A stretch of 64,000 nucleotides of DNA. Origin: Eledone cirrhosa (lineage: Eukaryota). This document shows positions 44,097 to 56,936 of this stretch, in pieces (the first letter of the stretch is position 1; each line of letters opens with the position of its first letter). The stretch is taken from assembly GCA_964016885.1 (NCBI GenBank), contig CAXHJY010001338.1:1-64000 (forward strand), in the 5' to 3' direction. The notes below the pieces were generated by a model. The model saw nothing but the letters and a program-made list of their open reading frames with translations. It was not told where the DNA came from and searched no databases. The position numbers and the translations under genes were made by a program.

Positions 44097-45314
44097 GCCT
44101 TTGACAGAGTTCCACGTGCAGTAATCTGGTGGGCTCTTAGAAAACTAGGAGTAGATGAATGGCTTGTGAAAGCGGTACAAGCCATGTATAGGGGAGCAGT
44201 CAGCAAAGTTAGGATTGGCAATGAGTATAGCGAGGAATTTAGCGTACAGGTTGGGGTCCACCAGGGCTCTGTTCTTAGCCCTCTCCTGTTCATCATAGTC
44301 CTGCAGGCAATAACGGAGGAGTTTAAGACCGGATGCCCATGGGAACTCCTGTATGCTGATGACCTCGCACTCATAGCTGAATCTATGGTAGAACTAGAGA
44401 ATAAATTCCAAACCTGGAAGCAGGGACTAGAGAGAAAGGGCCTCAAAGTCAACATGACAAAGACTAAGGTCCTTATTAGTAGACGAGAAAACAGAACCCA
44501 GATCCCCTCAGGGAAATGGCCTTGCTCAGTATGTAGGAAAGGTGTAGGTAGGAACTCCATTCTTTGCCCCAAATGCAAACAATGGGTACACAAGAGATGT
44601 AGCGGGATCTCAGGAAGCTTAATTAAGAATGTAGGATTCACATGCAGCAGCTGTGCTGAAACAGCAAGCAAACAGCCACAGGAAACAAGTACCACCAATC
44701 TCTGGGAGGGCCCTGTAGAAACAGTAGACAGCTTCTGCTACCTAGGTGACCGAATTAGCAACGGAGGTGGGTGCTCAGAAAGTACAATAACTAGGGTAAG
44801 AACGGGATGGAAGAAGTTTAGGGAACTACTACCACTGCTAGCTGCAAAAGGCTTCTCCCTCAGAATGAAAGGCAGACTGTATGATGCGTGTATCCGAACA
44901 GCGATGTTGCATGGTAGTGAGACCTGGGCGCTGAAGGTGGAAGACTTACGTAGATTAGAGAGAAACGAAGCCTGCATGCTCCGATGGATGTGTAACAGTA
45001 ATATACGTGAACGACAAAGCATAAATGAATTGAGAGAGAGACTGAGCATAAGAGGAATCAAATGCTGCGTGCAGGAGAGGCGGTTACGCTGGTATGGACA
45101 TGTGATGCGTATGAAGGATGACAGCTGCATAAAAAGGTGCAGAGCACTAGAAGTTGATGGAAACCGCGGAGTGGGGAGACCCAAGATGACTTGGGATGAG
45201 GTGATAAAAGCCGACCTTACCCAACTACACCTCTCAAAGTCAATGACACACGACCGTGACTTCTGGCGTCACGCAGTAATACAGGGTACCCGACCTCCCA
45301 TGGGTACATGCTGA
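44097..45314 (+). pseudogene. Uninterrupted but 5'-truncated RTE reverse transcriptase ORF2 fragment containing a C4HC3 PHD-type finger (44523-44654)
   Basis: ORF track 44067..45314; the N-terminal residues come from microsatellite and SINE sequence; no endonuclease or N-terminal RT motifs. Confidence 0.9.
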
Positions 45315-45618
45315 AGCATATAAACAATATGCCCCCCCCCCCCCACCGCAAGGTGGTCGTGGAGGTGCCACGGAAAAAAGCACCCAGCCCACACTGTAAA
45401 GTGGACGTGTAGGCGCCACGAAAAAGCACCCAGCACTCACTGTAAATGAGGTTGGTGTTAGGAAGGGCATCCAGCTGTAGAAATCAAGCCAGATCAGTTC
45501 CTGTATGAGCAAGGCATGGTCAGCCGACCAGACACTGCCCACAACAGGACAACCCGTCTAACCCATGCTAGCGTGGAAGAACGGACGTAAAACGGTGATG
45601 ATGATGATGATGATGATG
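44097..45618 (+). mobile_element. 5'-truncated RTE-clade LINE (second subfamily, young) inserted in a SINE head
   Basis: Open frame from AFDRVP through GVHQGSVLSPLLF, LYADD, FCYLG, GRPKMTW to stop at 45314; 3' UTR; (GAT)n tail. Confidence 0.96.
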
Positions 45619-46246
45619 GCTTAGTGGTTAGAGCATTGGCCTTGCAATCGAAAGGTTGTGAGTTCAATTCTCAGACCGAGTGATGTGTTGTTTCCTTGAG
45701 CAAGACACTTTATTTCACATTGCTCCAGTTTACTCAGCTGTAGAAATGAGATGATAGGGGCTGGGGTCCCTATCATTCCACTGCAAAGTGGTCGTGGAGG
45801 TGCCACGGCAAAAAAGCACCCAGCACTCACTGTAAAGTGGTCGTGGAGGTGCCACAGCAAAAATCACCCAGCACTCACTGTAAAGTGGTCGTGGAGGTGC
45901 CACTGCAAAAAAGCACCCAGCACTCACTGCAAAGTGGTCATGGAGGTGCCACTGCAAAAAAGCACCCAGCACTCACTGTAAAGTGGACGTGGATGTGCCA
46001 CTGCAAAAAAGCACCCAGCACTCACTGTAAAGTGGTCGTGGAGGTTCCACGGCAAAAATCACCCAGCACTCACTGCAAAGTGGTCGTGGAGGTGCCACGG
46101 CAAAAAAGCACCCAGCACTCACTGTAAATGAGGTTGGTGTTAGGAAGGGCATCCAGCTGTAGAAATCAAGCCAGAATCAGTTCCCGTCCCACCCTTGCAA
46201 GCAGGGAAAAGGGGACGTACAATGAAATGATGAAAAATGATGATGA
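45616..46246 (+). mobile_element. tRNA-derived CORE-type SINE with 49-bp internal array (about 7 copies) and RTE-like tail; its first 10-11 nt lie at 44087-44097
   Basis: A box tggcttagtgg, B box gagttcaattc, CORE-like ccttgagcaagacacttt...cagtttactcagctgtagaaatg, tail shared with LINE 3' UTR 45352-45500. Confidence 0.9.
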
Positions 46247-46386
46247 TATATATGAAGAGGTTATATTTAATTTGTTGGGATACAACAACCAAAATATTTT
46301 TATAACTGATATAAAGCACTCAACAAATTATTGGAGTATATATACAATATATTAACAAATGGAAACTATATTTATAAAACCATATT

Positions 46387-46452
46387 TATTTAATTATACA
46401 TATTTCAAGGGCCACCAGAGCAAACTATGGTGCGCTTTCATCAGATAAAATA
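46387..46452 (-). ncRNA. Type I hammerhead ribozyme (mirror copy)
   Basis: tattttat-CTGATGA-aagcgcacca...tggtggccctt-GAAA-tatgt-ATA-attaaata; one U-U mismatch in stem I. Confidence 0.75.
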
Positions 46453-46580
46453 TAATATATGTTAGTTTTATAAATAAATGTTGACATACCCTTAAAAAAT
46501 GGAACCATTCTGGTTGGAATCTCCTGATGGTTGCATTTTTTAAGGGTATGGGAACATTTATTTATAACTAACCTATATTA

Positions 46581-46646
46581 TATTTTATCTGATGAAAGCG
46601 CACCATAGTTTGCTCTGGTGGCCCTTGAAATATGTATAATGAAATA
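46581..46646 (+). ncRNA. Type I hammerhead ribozyme
   Basis: tattttat-CTGATGA-aagcgcacca(tagtttgctc)tggtggccctt-GAAA-tatgt-ATA-atgaaata, followed by AATAAA. Confidence 0.83.
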
Positions 46647-46703
46647 AATATGGTTTTATAAATATAGTTTCCATTTGTTAATATATTGTATATATATATT
46701 GTT

Positions 46704-47146
46704 ATACTTTGGGAGGGTCATGTTGCCAATAAGAAACACACGCACCAGTTGCTTTCACTTCAATTTATTATATATTTATAAATTTATAAATTTACAAATC
46801 TACAAACTTATACATTTCTGGTTGGTTGGTTGGTTGGTTCCACAACCAGATAGTTGTTTATATATAGTCATAGTCCTTTCGTCACACACTCTGTGACCTC
46901 TTCAGTGACTGGGGATTCCTTTCTTTGTTTCTCTGCCTTTCCTTTCTTCTGTCCTACGCCATTTTGTTTCTGTGTGTGTGTTGTGTGCTCAGTTTGCGCA
47001 TGCGCCACATCCGGGTGTCTGTGTGTGTTTGTGTTCATTTATCTATTTGTTTATTTATTTACATGTTGGTTGGTTGTTTGTATAACAATATCGGTTTCAA
47101 CACACGATTTCAGATAAAGAATCTTGCTAAACAAATTCAGAAACGA
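46704..47146 (-). mobile_element. Hammerhead-bearing interspersed repeat (Penelope-like pLTR)
   Basis: Second copy at 2752-3100; hammerhead followed by (AACC)n and AATAAA on the minus strand. Confidence 0.75.
46866..46910 (-). ncRNA. Minimal type I hammerhead ribozyme
   Basis: agtca-CTGAAGA-g-gtcac(agagtgt)gtgac-GAAA-gga-CTA-tgact; perfect 5-bp stems I and II, very short stem III. Confidence 0.8.
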
Positions 47147-47147
47147 A

Positions 47148-47196
<49 letters not shown>

Positions 47197-47368
47197 CATA
47201 TATAATATATATATCTAGGGAGTCTAACTTGGAGTTACTGCAGGTTCACCCAGGTGAGCACTCGATGTTTAGGTTCACTTCAGTGTTGAGGTGTAGAGCT
47301 GAACAGAGTGTCATATATTGAAAGGATAACAAGGACGATTGGTTACTCCTTCATTACATTTATTGATA

Positions 47369-47449
47369 CGTGACATGTGTTTCACCACTGATCAGCTCAA
47401 GGTTTGATCTGTATCGATCTTACCCGACTCAATGATCGGCAGCTCAACG
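47369..47449 (-). ncRNA. Hammerhead remnant lacking CTGA of the core
   Basis: cgt-TGA-gctgccgatca...tgatcagtggt-GAAAC-acat-GTC-acg then AATAAA; adjacent 17-bp inverted repeat 47441-47487. Confidence 0.5.
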
Positions 47450-47511
47450 GACCCTTTCTACTAGCATTTTAAAGGGTCCGTTGAGCTTTCATTTTCATAT
47501 AGCATTTTAAA

Positions 47512-48192
47512 GTGGTGGTGGTGGTGGTGGTGGTGGAGGTGTTGGTTGTGGTTGTGGTGGTGGAGGTGTTGGTTGTGGTGGTTGTGGTGGTGGAGGTGGT
47601 GTTGTTGGTATTTGTGTTGGTGGTGTTGGTTGTGGTGGTGGAGGTGGTGGTGGAGGTGTTGGTATTTGTGTTGGTGGTGGTGGTGTTGCTTGTGGTGGTG
47701 GAGGTGGTGGTGGAGGTGTTGTTGGTATTTGTGTTGGTGGTGGTGGTGTTGGTGGTGGTGGTGGAGGTGTTGTTGGTACTTGTGTTGGTGTTGGTAGTGG
47801 CGGTAGTGGAGGTGTTGGTTGTGGTTTTGTTGGTGTTGGTGGTGTCGTTGTTGTTGGCGGTGTTTGTGATTATACTGTTGTTGGTGGTGGTGGCAGTGGT
47901 AGTGGTGTCAGTGGTGGTGGCAGTGGTAGTGGTGTCAGTGGTAGTGGTGGTGGCAGTGGTAGTGGTGTCAGTGGTGGTGGTGGTGGCAGTGGTAGTGGTG
48001 TCAGTGGTGGTGGTGGTGGCAGTGGTACTGGTGTCAGTGGTAGTGGTGGTGGCAGTGGTAGTGGTGGTGTCAGTGGTGGTGGTGATGGCAGTGGTAGTGG
48101 TGGTGGCAGTGGTAGTGGTGTCAGTGGTAGTGGTGATGGTAGTGGTGGCAGTGGTAGTGGTGGTGGCAGTGGCACTGGTGTCAGTGGTTGTG
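47512..48192. repeat. (GGT)n-derived degenerate repeat
   Basis: Direct reading. Confidence 0.93.
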
Positions 48193-48209
48193 GAATGAAG
48201 AGCTTACCA

Positions 48210-49160
48210 AACCTTATATCAATGTTAAAATGTGTTTTTACTAAAGTATCATTCATGTTAAAGTTAAAATATGGTTTTTACTAAAAATATAAATGTATGT
48301 TTTATAATGTCCCTTACATCACTGTTAAAATGTCACTTTACTAAAATATACAACTATATGTCCCTTGTGTCATTGTTAAAATGAGTTATTTTTTTAATGA
48401 TTCAACTGAAATGTATATTTATATGTTGCTTATATCAATGTTAAAAGTGAAAGTTTTATCTGTCACTTATGTCAATGATAAAAAGTGGTTTTACTAATCT
48501 GTATGATGAGGGGTTTATCTGTCATTTATGTCAATGATAAAAGGAAATTTTACTAAATTATACAAACGAAAGATTTCTATGTCGCTTATGTCAATGTTAA
48601 AATGAGTTTTCATTAAACTTGAGAGTTGAAAGTTTTGTCTACGCCACTTATGTCAATGTTAAAAAGTAATTTACTAAACTGTGCAAGTGAAAAGTTCCTA
48701 CGCCACTTATGTCAATGTTAAAAAGTAATTTTACTAAACTGTACAAAAGAAAAATGTATATGCCACTTATGTCAATGTTAAAATTAGTTTGTTTTTTTAA
48801 AATTATACGAGGGGTCTTCTATATTGCTTATGTCAATGTTAAAATGAGTTTCCATTAAACTAGAGAGTTTAAAATTTTTTTCTACGTCACTTATGTCAAT
48901 GTTAAAAAGTAAATTTACTAAACTGTACTAAAGAAAAGTTTATATGCCACTTATGACAATGTTAAAATGAGTTTAAAAAAAAAAAATTATACGAGGGGTC
49001 TTCTATGTTGCTTATGTCAATGTTAAAATGAGTTTTTATTAAACTAGAGTTGAAAAATCTCTCTTCACCACTTATGTCAATGTTAAAATGTAGTGCTACT
49101 AAACTTCACATATGAAAGATTTTCTATGTCCCTTATGTCAATGTGAAAATGTCATTCTAC
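48210..49160. repeat. Degenerate AT-rich approximately 60-bp tandem repeat (about 15 copies)
   Basis: Conserved core cttatgtcaatgttaaaa about every 60 bp; attatacgaggggtcttcta repeated 184 bp apart. Confidence 0.88.
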
Positions 49161-49227
49161 TTTACAGTTCGGCCATTTTCTTTCCTCAACAACTTTCACA
49201 CTCAGCCATTTTATATTATACGCTGTC

Positions 49228-50175
<948 letters not shown>

Positions 50176-50254
50176 AATACACCCGTGTGTTGTTTGAAAT
50201 GTTGCCAAAATGGCATTGGGTTAGCTTTTCTTGCTTTTCTGCTCTGTTGTTCAC

Positions 50255-51700
50255 CCCTCTCTCTACCTTTCTACCTCTTCTCTTACCCCCCTCTCTCTTT
50301 TTCACTCTCTCTCTTACTCTCACTCTGTCCCTAGCTCTACCTTTGTACACACTCTCTTACTCCCTCTCTCACTTTCACTCGCTCTTTTTCACTCTCTCTC
50401 TTACTCTCACTCTGTCCCTCTCTCTACCTTTGTACACACTCTCTTACTCCCTCTCTCACTTTCACTCTCTCTTTTTCACTCTCTCTCTTACTCTCACTCT
50501 GTTCCTCTCTCTACCTTTGTACACACTCTCTTACTCCCTCTCTCACTTTCACTCGCTCTTTTTCACTCTCTCTCTTACTCTCACTCTGTCCCTCTCTCTA
50601 CCTTTGTACCTTTTCTCTTACCCCCTCTTTCACTCTTTCCCGCTCTCTCTCACCCCCTCACTCCCGCTCTCTCTCACCCCCTCACTTCCGCTCTCTCTCA
50701 CACCCTCACTCCCGCGCTCTCTCACACCCTCACTCCCGCGCTCTCTCACCCCTCACTCCCCCCTCTCTCTCTCTTTCACTCTTTCACTCTTTCCCTCTCT
50801 CTCTTTCACTCTCTCTCTTTATAAACTCTTTCTCACTTTTTGTACACTCTCTCCACCTTTGTTTCCCATCTCTTATCCCCCTCTCTCACTCTCTCTTACT
50901 CACTCTCTCTTACTCTCACTCTCTCTTACTCTCACTCTCTTACTCACTCTCTCTTACTCACTCTCTCTTACTCACTCTTTCTCACTCTTTCCCTCTCACG
51001 CTATCCCTCTTTCCCTCTCTCGCTATCCCTCTTTCCCTCTCTCGCTATCCCTCTTTCCCTCTCTCGCTATCCCTCTTTCCCTCTCTCGCTATCCCTCTTT
51101 CCCTCTCTCGCTATCCCTCTTTCCCTCTCTCGCTATCCCTCTCTTTCTCTTTCCCTCTCTCGCTCTTTCCCTGTCTCTCTCTATCCCTCTCTCTCTCTAT
51201 CCCTCTCTCTCTCTTTTCCCCCTCTCTCTCTCTTTCCCTCTCTCTCACTATTTCCCTCTCTCTATTTCCCTCTCTCTTTCCCTCTCTCTCACTATTTCCC
51301 TCTCTCTTTCCCTCTCTCTCTCACTATTTCCCTCTCTCTTTCCCTCTCTCTCTCACTATTTCCCTCTCTCTCTCTTTCCCCCTCTCTTTCCTTCTCTCTC
51401 TCTCTACCTTTGTAACATCTCTCTCGCCCTCTCTCTCTCTTTGTACCTTCACTCTCACACTTTCTCTCTCTTTGTCATTCTAACTTCTTTTCTCTCTCTC
51501 TCTCTACCATTCCTGCCCTTTTAACTCTTTCTCTCTCTCTCTTTCTCTCTTTCTCTCTCTCTCTCTTTCTCTCTATCCTCTCTTCACTACCTCTCACCTT
51601 TCTCTCCCCACTCTATCTATCTTTCCACCTTACCACTCTCACCTTTCCACCTCTCTCTCTACTTCTCTCTATCTATCTCTCTCTGTCTGTCCGTCTGTCT
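50255..51700. repeat. CT-rich repeat with 87-bp (x4) and 22-bp (about x7) tandem units
   Basis: acctttgtac at 50339, 50426, 50513, 50600; cgctatccctctttccctctct repeated at 50999-51140. Confidence 0.9.
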
Positions 51701-51739
51701 CACTTTCATTGTATTCTAAACTTAAGTTACCACCTGTCT

Positions 51740-54562
51740 TAACAACACCACCACCAATACTACACCACCAATACTACACCACCACCACTACACCAACAAT
51801 ACTCCACCACACCACCACTACACCACCAATACTACACCACCACCACACCACCACACCACTACTACACCACCACCATCGCCATCACAGAACTATGCCACCC
51901 ACTACACCACCACCCCTACTCCACCTCACCACCACACCACTACTACACCACCACCATCGCCATCACAGAACTATGCCACCCACTACACCACCACCACTAC
52001 TGCACCACACCACCACCACTGCACTTCCACTACAACACCACCACACCTACACCACTACTACACAACATCACCACCACTACACTACTACACCACCTCTACA
52101 CCACCTCTACACTATTACACCACCACTACAACACTACCTCTACACTACTACACCACCAACACTACACTACAACACCACCACTACAACACTACCTCTACAC
52201 TACTACACCACCACCACTACACTACTACACCACCACCACTACACTACTACACCACCACTACAACACTACCACTACTACACCACCACTACAACACTACCAC
52301 TACTACACCACCACTACAACACTACCACTACTACACCACCACTACACCACTACCTCTACACTACTACACCACCAACACTACACTACTACACCACCACTGC
52401 AACACCAACTCTACACCACCTCTACACTACTACACCACTACACCACCAACACTACACTACTACACCACCTACACTACTACACCACCACCTCTACACTACT
52501 ACACCACCACCTCTACACTACTACACCACCACCACTACACTACAACACCACCTCTACACTACTACACCACCACCACTACACTACTACACCAACACCACTA
52601 CACTAGTACACCACCACTACAACACCAACTCTACACCGCCACTACTACACTACCACTACTACACCACTACAACACCACCTCTACTACACCACTACAACAC
52701 CACCACTACCACTGTCTCACCTACATTACCTTTACGTTAGCACTACATGACCACCACCACCACCCCCGCCACTACACAACCATGCCATCCACTACACCAC
52801 CATCCACCCCATCTCTTCACCATCTACTACACACCACCACCGCTACTATCACCTCTACACCACCACTATGCGACCACTACACCATTCTTCCCACCACCAT
52901 ACTACCACCCACACTGTACTGCGATCAGCAACACCACACCACCATCCTGCACATAGATACACCCAACACGACACCACCACGCCACATTACAACAGACACC
53001 ACACCACACACACCACCACTACCACCACACCACACCGTACACCCCACAAAAACCACAGCACCACCACCACGCCACACCACCACCATCACACACATCACCA
53101 CGCCACACCACCACCACACACACCACCATCACACACATCACCACCATCACACACATCACCACGCCACACCACCACCGCACAAACCACCACGCCGCACAAA
53201 CCACCACGCCACACACACCACCATGCCACACCACCACGCCACCACCACCACACCACCACCACAACACACACCACCACCACAACACACACCACCACGCCAC
53301 ACACACCACCACGCCACACCACCACGCCACACCTCCACGCCACCACCACCACACCACCACCACGCCACACACCACCACCACAACACACACCACCACGCCA
53401 CACATACCACCACGCCTCACACATCACCACGCCACACCACAACCACGCCACGCCACACCACCACCACAACACACACACCACCACCACAACACACACCACC
53501 ACTACCACCACCACCACGCCACACCACCACCACTACCACCACCACCACCACAGTGTCACTAACACCATACCGCCACATATACCACCCCACCACACTATCA
53601 CATACACCACACCACCACGACACCACCGCCACACCACCACCACGACACCACCGCCACACCACCACCTCACCACCACCACCACAGCACATCAGTCCACCTC
53701 CACTATACTAAACCACACAACACCACATCAGTCCACCACCACCACGACACCACCGCCACACCACCACCACACCACCACCACCACAGCACATCAGTCCACC
53801 TCCACTATACTAGACCACACCACACCACATCAGTCCACCACCACGACACCACCACCTCACCACACCACACTACATCATCACACCACCACAACACACCACC
53901 ACCCCACCACACCATCACCACACCACGCCACTCTACACCACACCACCACCACACCACCACAACACACCACCACCACACCACGCCACACTACACCCCCACC
54001 ACCACCACCACACCACGCCACACTACACCACACCACCACCACACCACCACCACACCACCACAACACACCACCGCCCCCACCACACCACCACCACACCACC
54101 ACAACACACCACCGCCCCACCACACCACCACCACTACACCACACCGCACTACACCACATCACCACCACACCACCGCAACACACCACCACCCCACCACACC
54201 ACCACCACACCACCACCACACTACACCACACCACCACCACACCACCACAACACACCACATCACCACCACACCACCACAACACACCACCCCACCACACCAC
54301 CACCACACCACCACCACACTACACCACACCACCACCACACCACCACAACACACCACCACCCCACCACACCACCACCACCACACCACCACACCACCACCAC
54401 ACCACGCCACACTACACCACACCACCACCACACTACACCACACCACCACCACACCACCACAACACACAGCCACCCCACCACCACTACACCCCACCACCCC
54501 ACCACCACCACCACACCACCACAACACCCCACCCACCACCACACCGCCACCCCACCACACCA
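51740..54562. repeat. (CAC/CTACAC/CACAC)n low-complexity repeat
   Basis: Direct reading; T/H/P-rich ORFs are artefacts. Confidence 0.92.
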
Positions 54563-54671
54563 AGGCACCATTCTTTGAATCTAAAGTTATTGTTCCTTAC
54601 TAGTTAAAGTTTTTGGCAAGTTGACCAAAATTCTCTTCGTCCTCATTCAGACATGTCCAGTGTGCAATATG

Positions 54672-56165
54672 GCGTGGAATGGAATATAGCTGACCATTCC
54701 CTGGACTGGTCACTTTGTTTAGGGACTGCTCGGCCACTTAGATAGTTGACTGGTTGGTTGGATGGTATGCTGGATGGTAAACTGGTTGGATGTGTTTGGT
54801 CAGTGGTTTGGTGTGAAATCGAATTAAACTGACCATTGCTTTGGACTGGTCACTTTGTTTGCGGACTGCTCGGGCACTTGGATGGTTGGCTGGCTGGTTG
54901 GGTGGGTGTTTGGTCAGTGGTAAGGTGTGGAATGGAATATAGCTGACCATTCCCTGGACTGGTCACTTTGTTTAGGGACTGCTCGGCCACTTAGATAGTT
55001 GACTGGTTGGTTGGATGGTAAACTGGTTGGATGTGTTTGGTCAGTGGTTTGGTGTGAAATCGAATTAAACTGACCATTGCTTTGGACTGGTCACTTTGTT
55101 TGCGGACTGCTCGGGCACTTGGATGGTTGGCTGGCTGGTTGGGTGGGTGTTTGGTCAGTGATAAGGTGTGGAAGGGAATATAGCTGACCATTCCCTGGAC
55201 TGGTCACTTTGTTTAGGGACTGCTCGGCCACTTAGATAGTTGACTGGTTGGTTGGATGGTAAACTGGTTGGATGTGTTTGGTCAGTGGTTTGGTGTGAAA
55301 TCGAATTAAACTGACCATTGCTTTGGACTGGTCACTTTGTTTGCGGACTGCTCGGGCACTTGGATGGTTGGCTGGCTGGTTGGGTGGGTGTTTGGTCAGT
55401 GATAAGGTGTGGAAGGGAATATAGCTGACCATTCCCTGGACTGGTCACTTTGTTTAGGGACTGCTCGGCCACTTAGATAGTTGACTGGTTGGTTGGATGG
55501 TAAACTGGTTGGATGTGTTTGGTCAGTGGTTTGGTGTGAAATCGAAATAAACTGACCATTGCTTTGGACTGGTCACTTTGTTTGCGGACTGCTCGGGCAC
55601 TTGGATGGTTGGCTGGCTGGTTGGGTGGGTGTTTGGTCAGTGATAAGGTGTGGAATGGAATATAGCTGACCATTCCCTGGACTGGTCACTTTGTTTAGGG
55701 ACTGCTCGGACACTTGGATGGTTGGTCAGCAGGCTATTTGGTTGGATGGTTAGATGGTAGGTTGGATGGCTGGTTGTATAGTTGGCTATGTGTTTGGTCA
55801 ATGGTATGGTGTGGCATGGAATGAAACTGACCATTGCTTGGACTGGTCCCTGTTTAGAGACTGCTCGGGCACTTGGATGGTTAGATGGTAGGCTGGTTGG
55901 TTGGATGGTTCGTTGAATAGATGGCTGGGTGTTTGGTCAGTGGTATGGTGTGGAATGGAGTTTAGACGACTATTGCCTGGACTGGTTACTTTGTTTGGGG
56001 TCTGCTCGGACACTTGGATGGTTGGATAGTTGAGTGGGTGTTTGGTCAGGGGTATGGCGTCGAATAGAATTTAGCTGACCACTGCTTGGACTGGTTACTT
56101 TGTTTAAGGACTGCTCGGGCACTTGGATGGTTGGTCAGCAGGCTGGTTGGTCGATTGGTCAGTGG
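54672..56165. repeat. 241-bp tandem repeat (about 4 copies, each a dimer of approximately 120-bp subunits) decaying into diverged monomers
   Basis: Repeated short ORFs at 54991, 55232, 55473; ctgaccatt...tggactggtcactttgttt twice per unit. Confidence 0.93.
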
Positions 56166-56413
56166 CATTGAGGTTATCTGTTAATTGTTGGTCAGGAGGC
56201 TTGTTCCTTGGATGGTTGGAGTTTTGGATGGCATGCCTGTGGTACGGTGTGGTTTCAGTGAAATTTGGCTACTATTTTTAGCAGGTCTAGCTACAATGTA
56301 GAGGCCTGCCACATTGGATCATATATATATACATATATATAAAATCAAGGTCTAGCAAATAGAGATAAAGTTTTAAAATAAATTTTTAAAAGTTCGCTGT
56401 ACTTACTATATGT

Positions 56414-56497
56414 GCCTATACCGCACGGTTTCAAATCCCAAAATAAACGGATAATCCAAGCGGATTTCCACTGAGAACGGGACTCTCTTCAGAAGGC
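56414..56497 (-). ncRNA. Type I hammerhead ribozyme with extended stem II
   Basis: gcctt-CTGAAGA-gagtccc...gggattt-GAA-ACCG(tg)CGGT-A-taggc; 7-bp stem II with G-U pairs, U-U at first stem I pair. Confidence 0.72.
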
Positions 56498-56668
56498 TCT
56501 TCTCGCTCGGAGAATATAAAATTCCCGAGTTCAAATCACAAACTGACGCCATACACAAACACGCCGGATGACAGTGAATGAGGAAAGGAACAATCTTGTC
56601 TATGTATACATATATTCATTGATACATACAAACATACACATACACACATATATATATATATGTATATA

Positions 56669-56724
<56 letters not shown>

Positions 56725-56729
56725 TATAC

Positions 56730-56764
<35 letters not shown>

Positions 56765-56936
56765 ATATACAGAAAAATATATAGATATATATACATATAT
56801 ACACACCCACACACAGACACACACACTCACTCATACGCACACATATATATATAAATATATGTGTGTGTGTATGAGTGAGTGTATGTGTCTGGCTTTATAT
56901 ATATATATATATATACATGCGTACATATCAGTGTGA

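Larger units (their letters stand above)
46337..46696. mobile_element. Approximately 360-bp fold-back element, Penelope-like pLTR pair with a hammerhead in each arm
   Basis: Arms 46337-46508 / 46527-46696 are near-perfect reverse complements. Confidence 0.8.

Noticed and set aside
44067-45314. Functional 415-aa reverse transcriptase gene
   Set aside because: Start lies in microsatellite/SINE sequence; endonuclease and N-terminal RT motifs are missing
45616-45678. tRNA gene
   Set aside because: A and B boxes present but no acceptor stem; it continues into the SINE body
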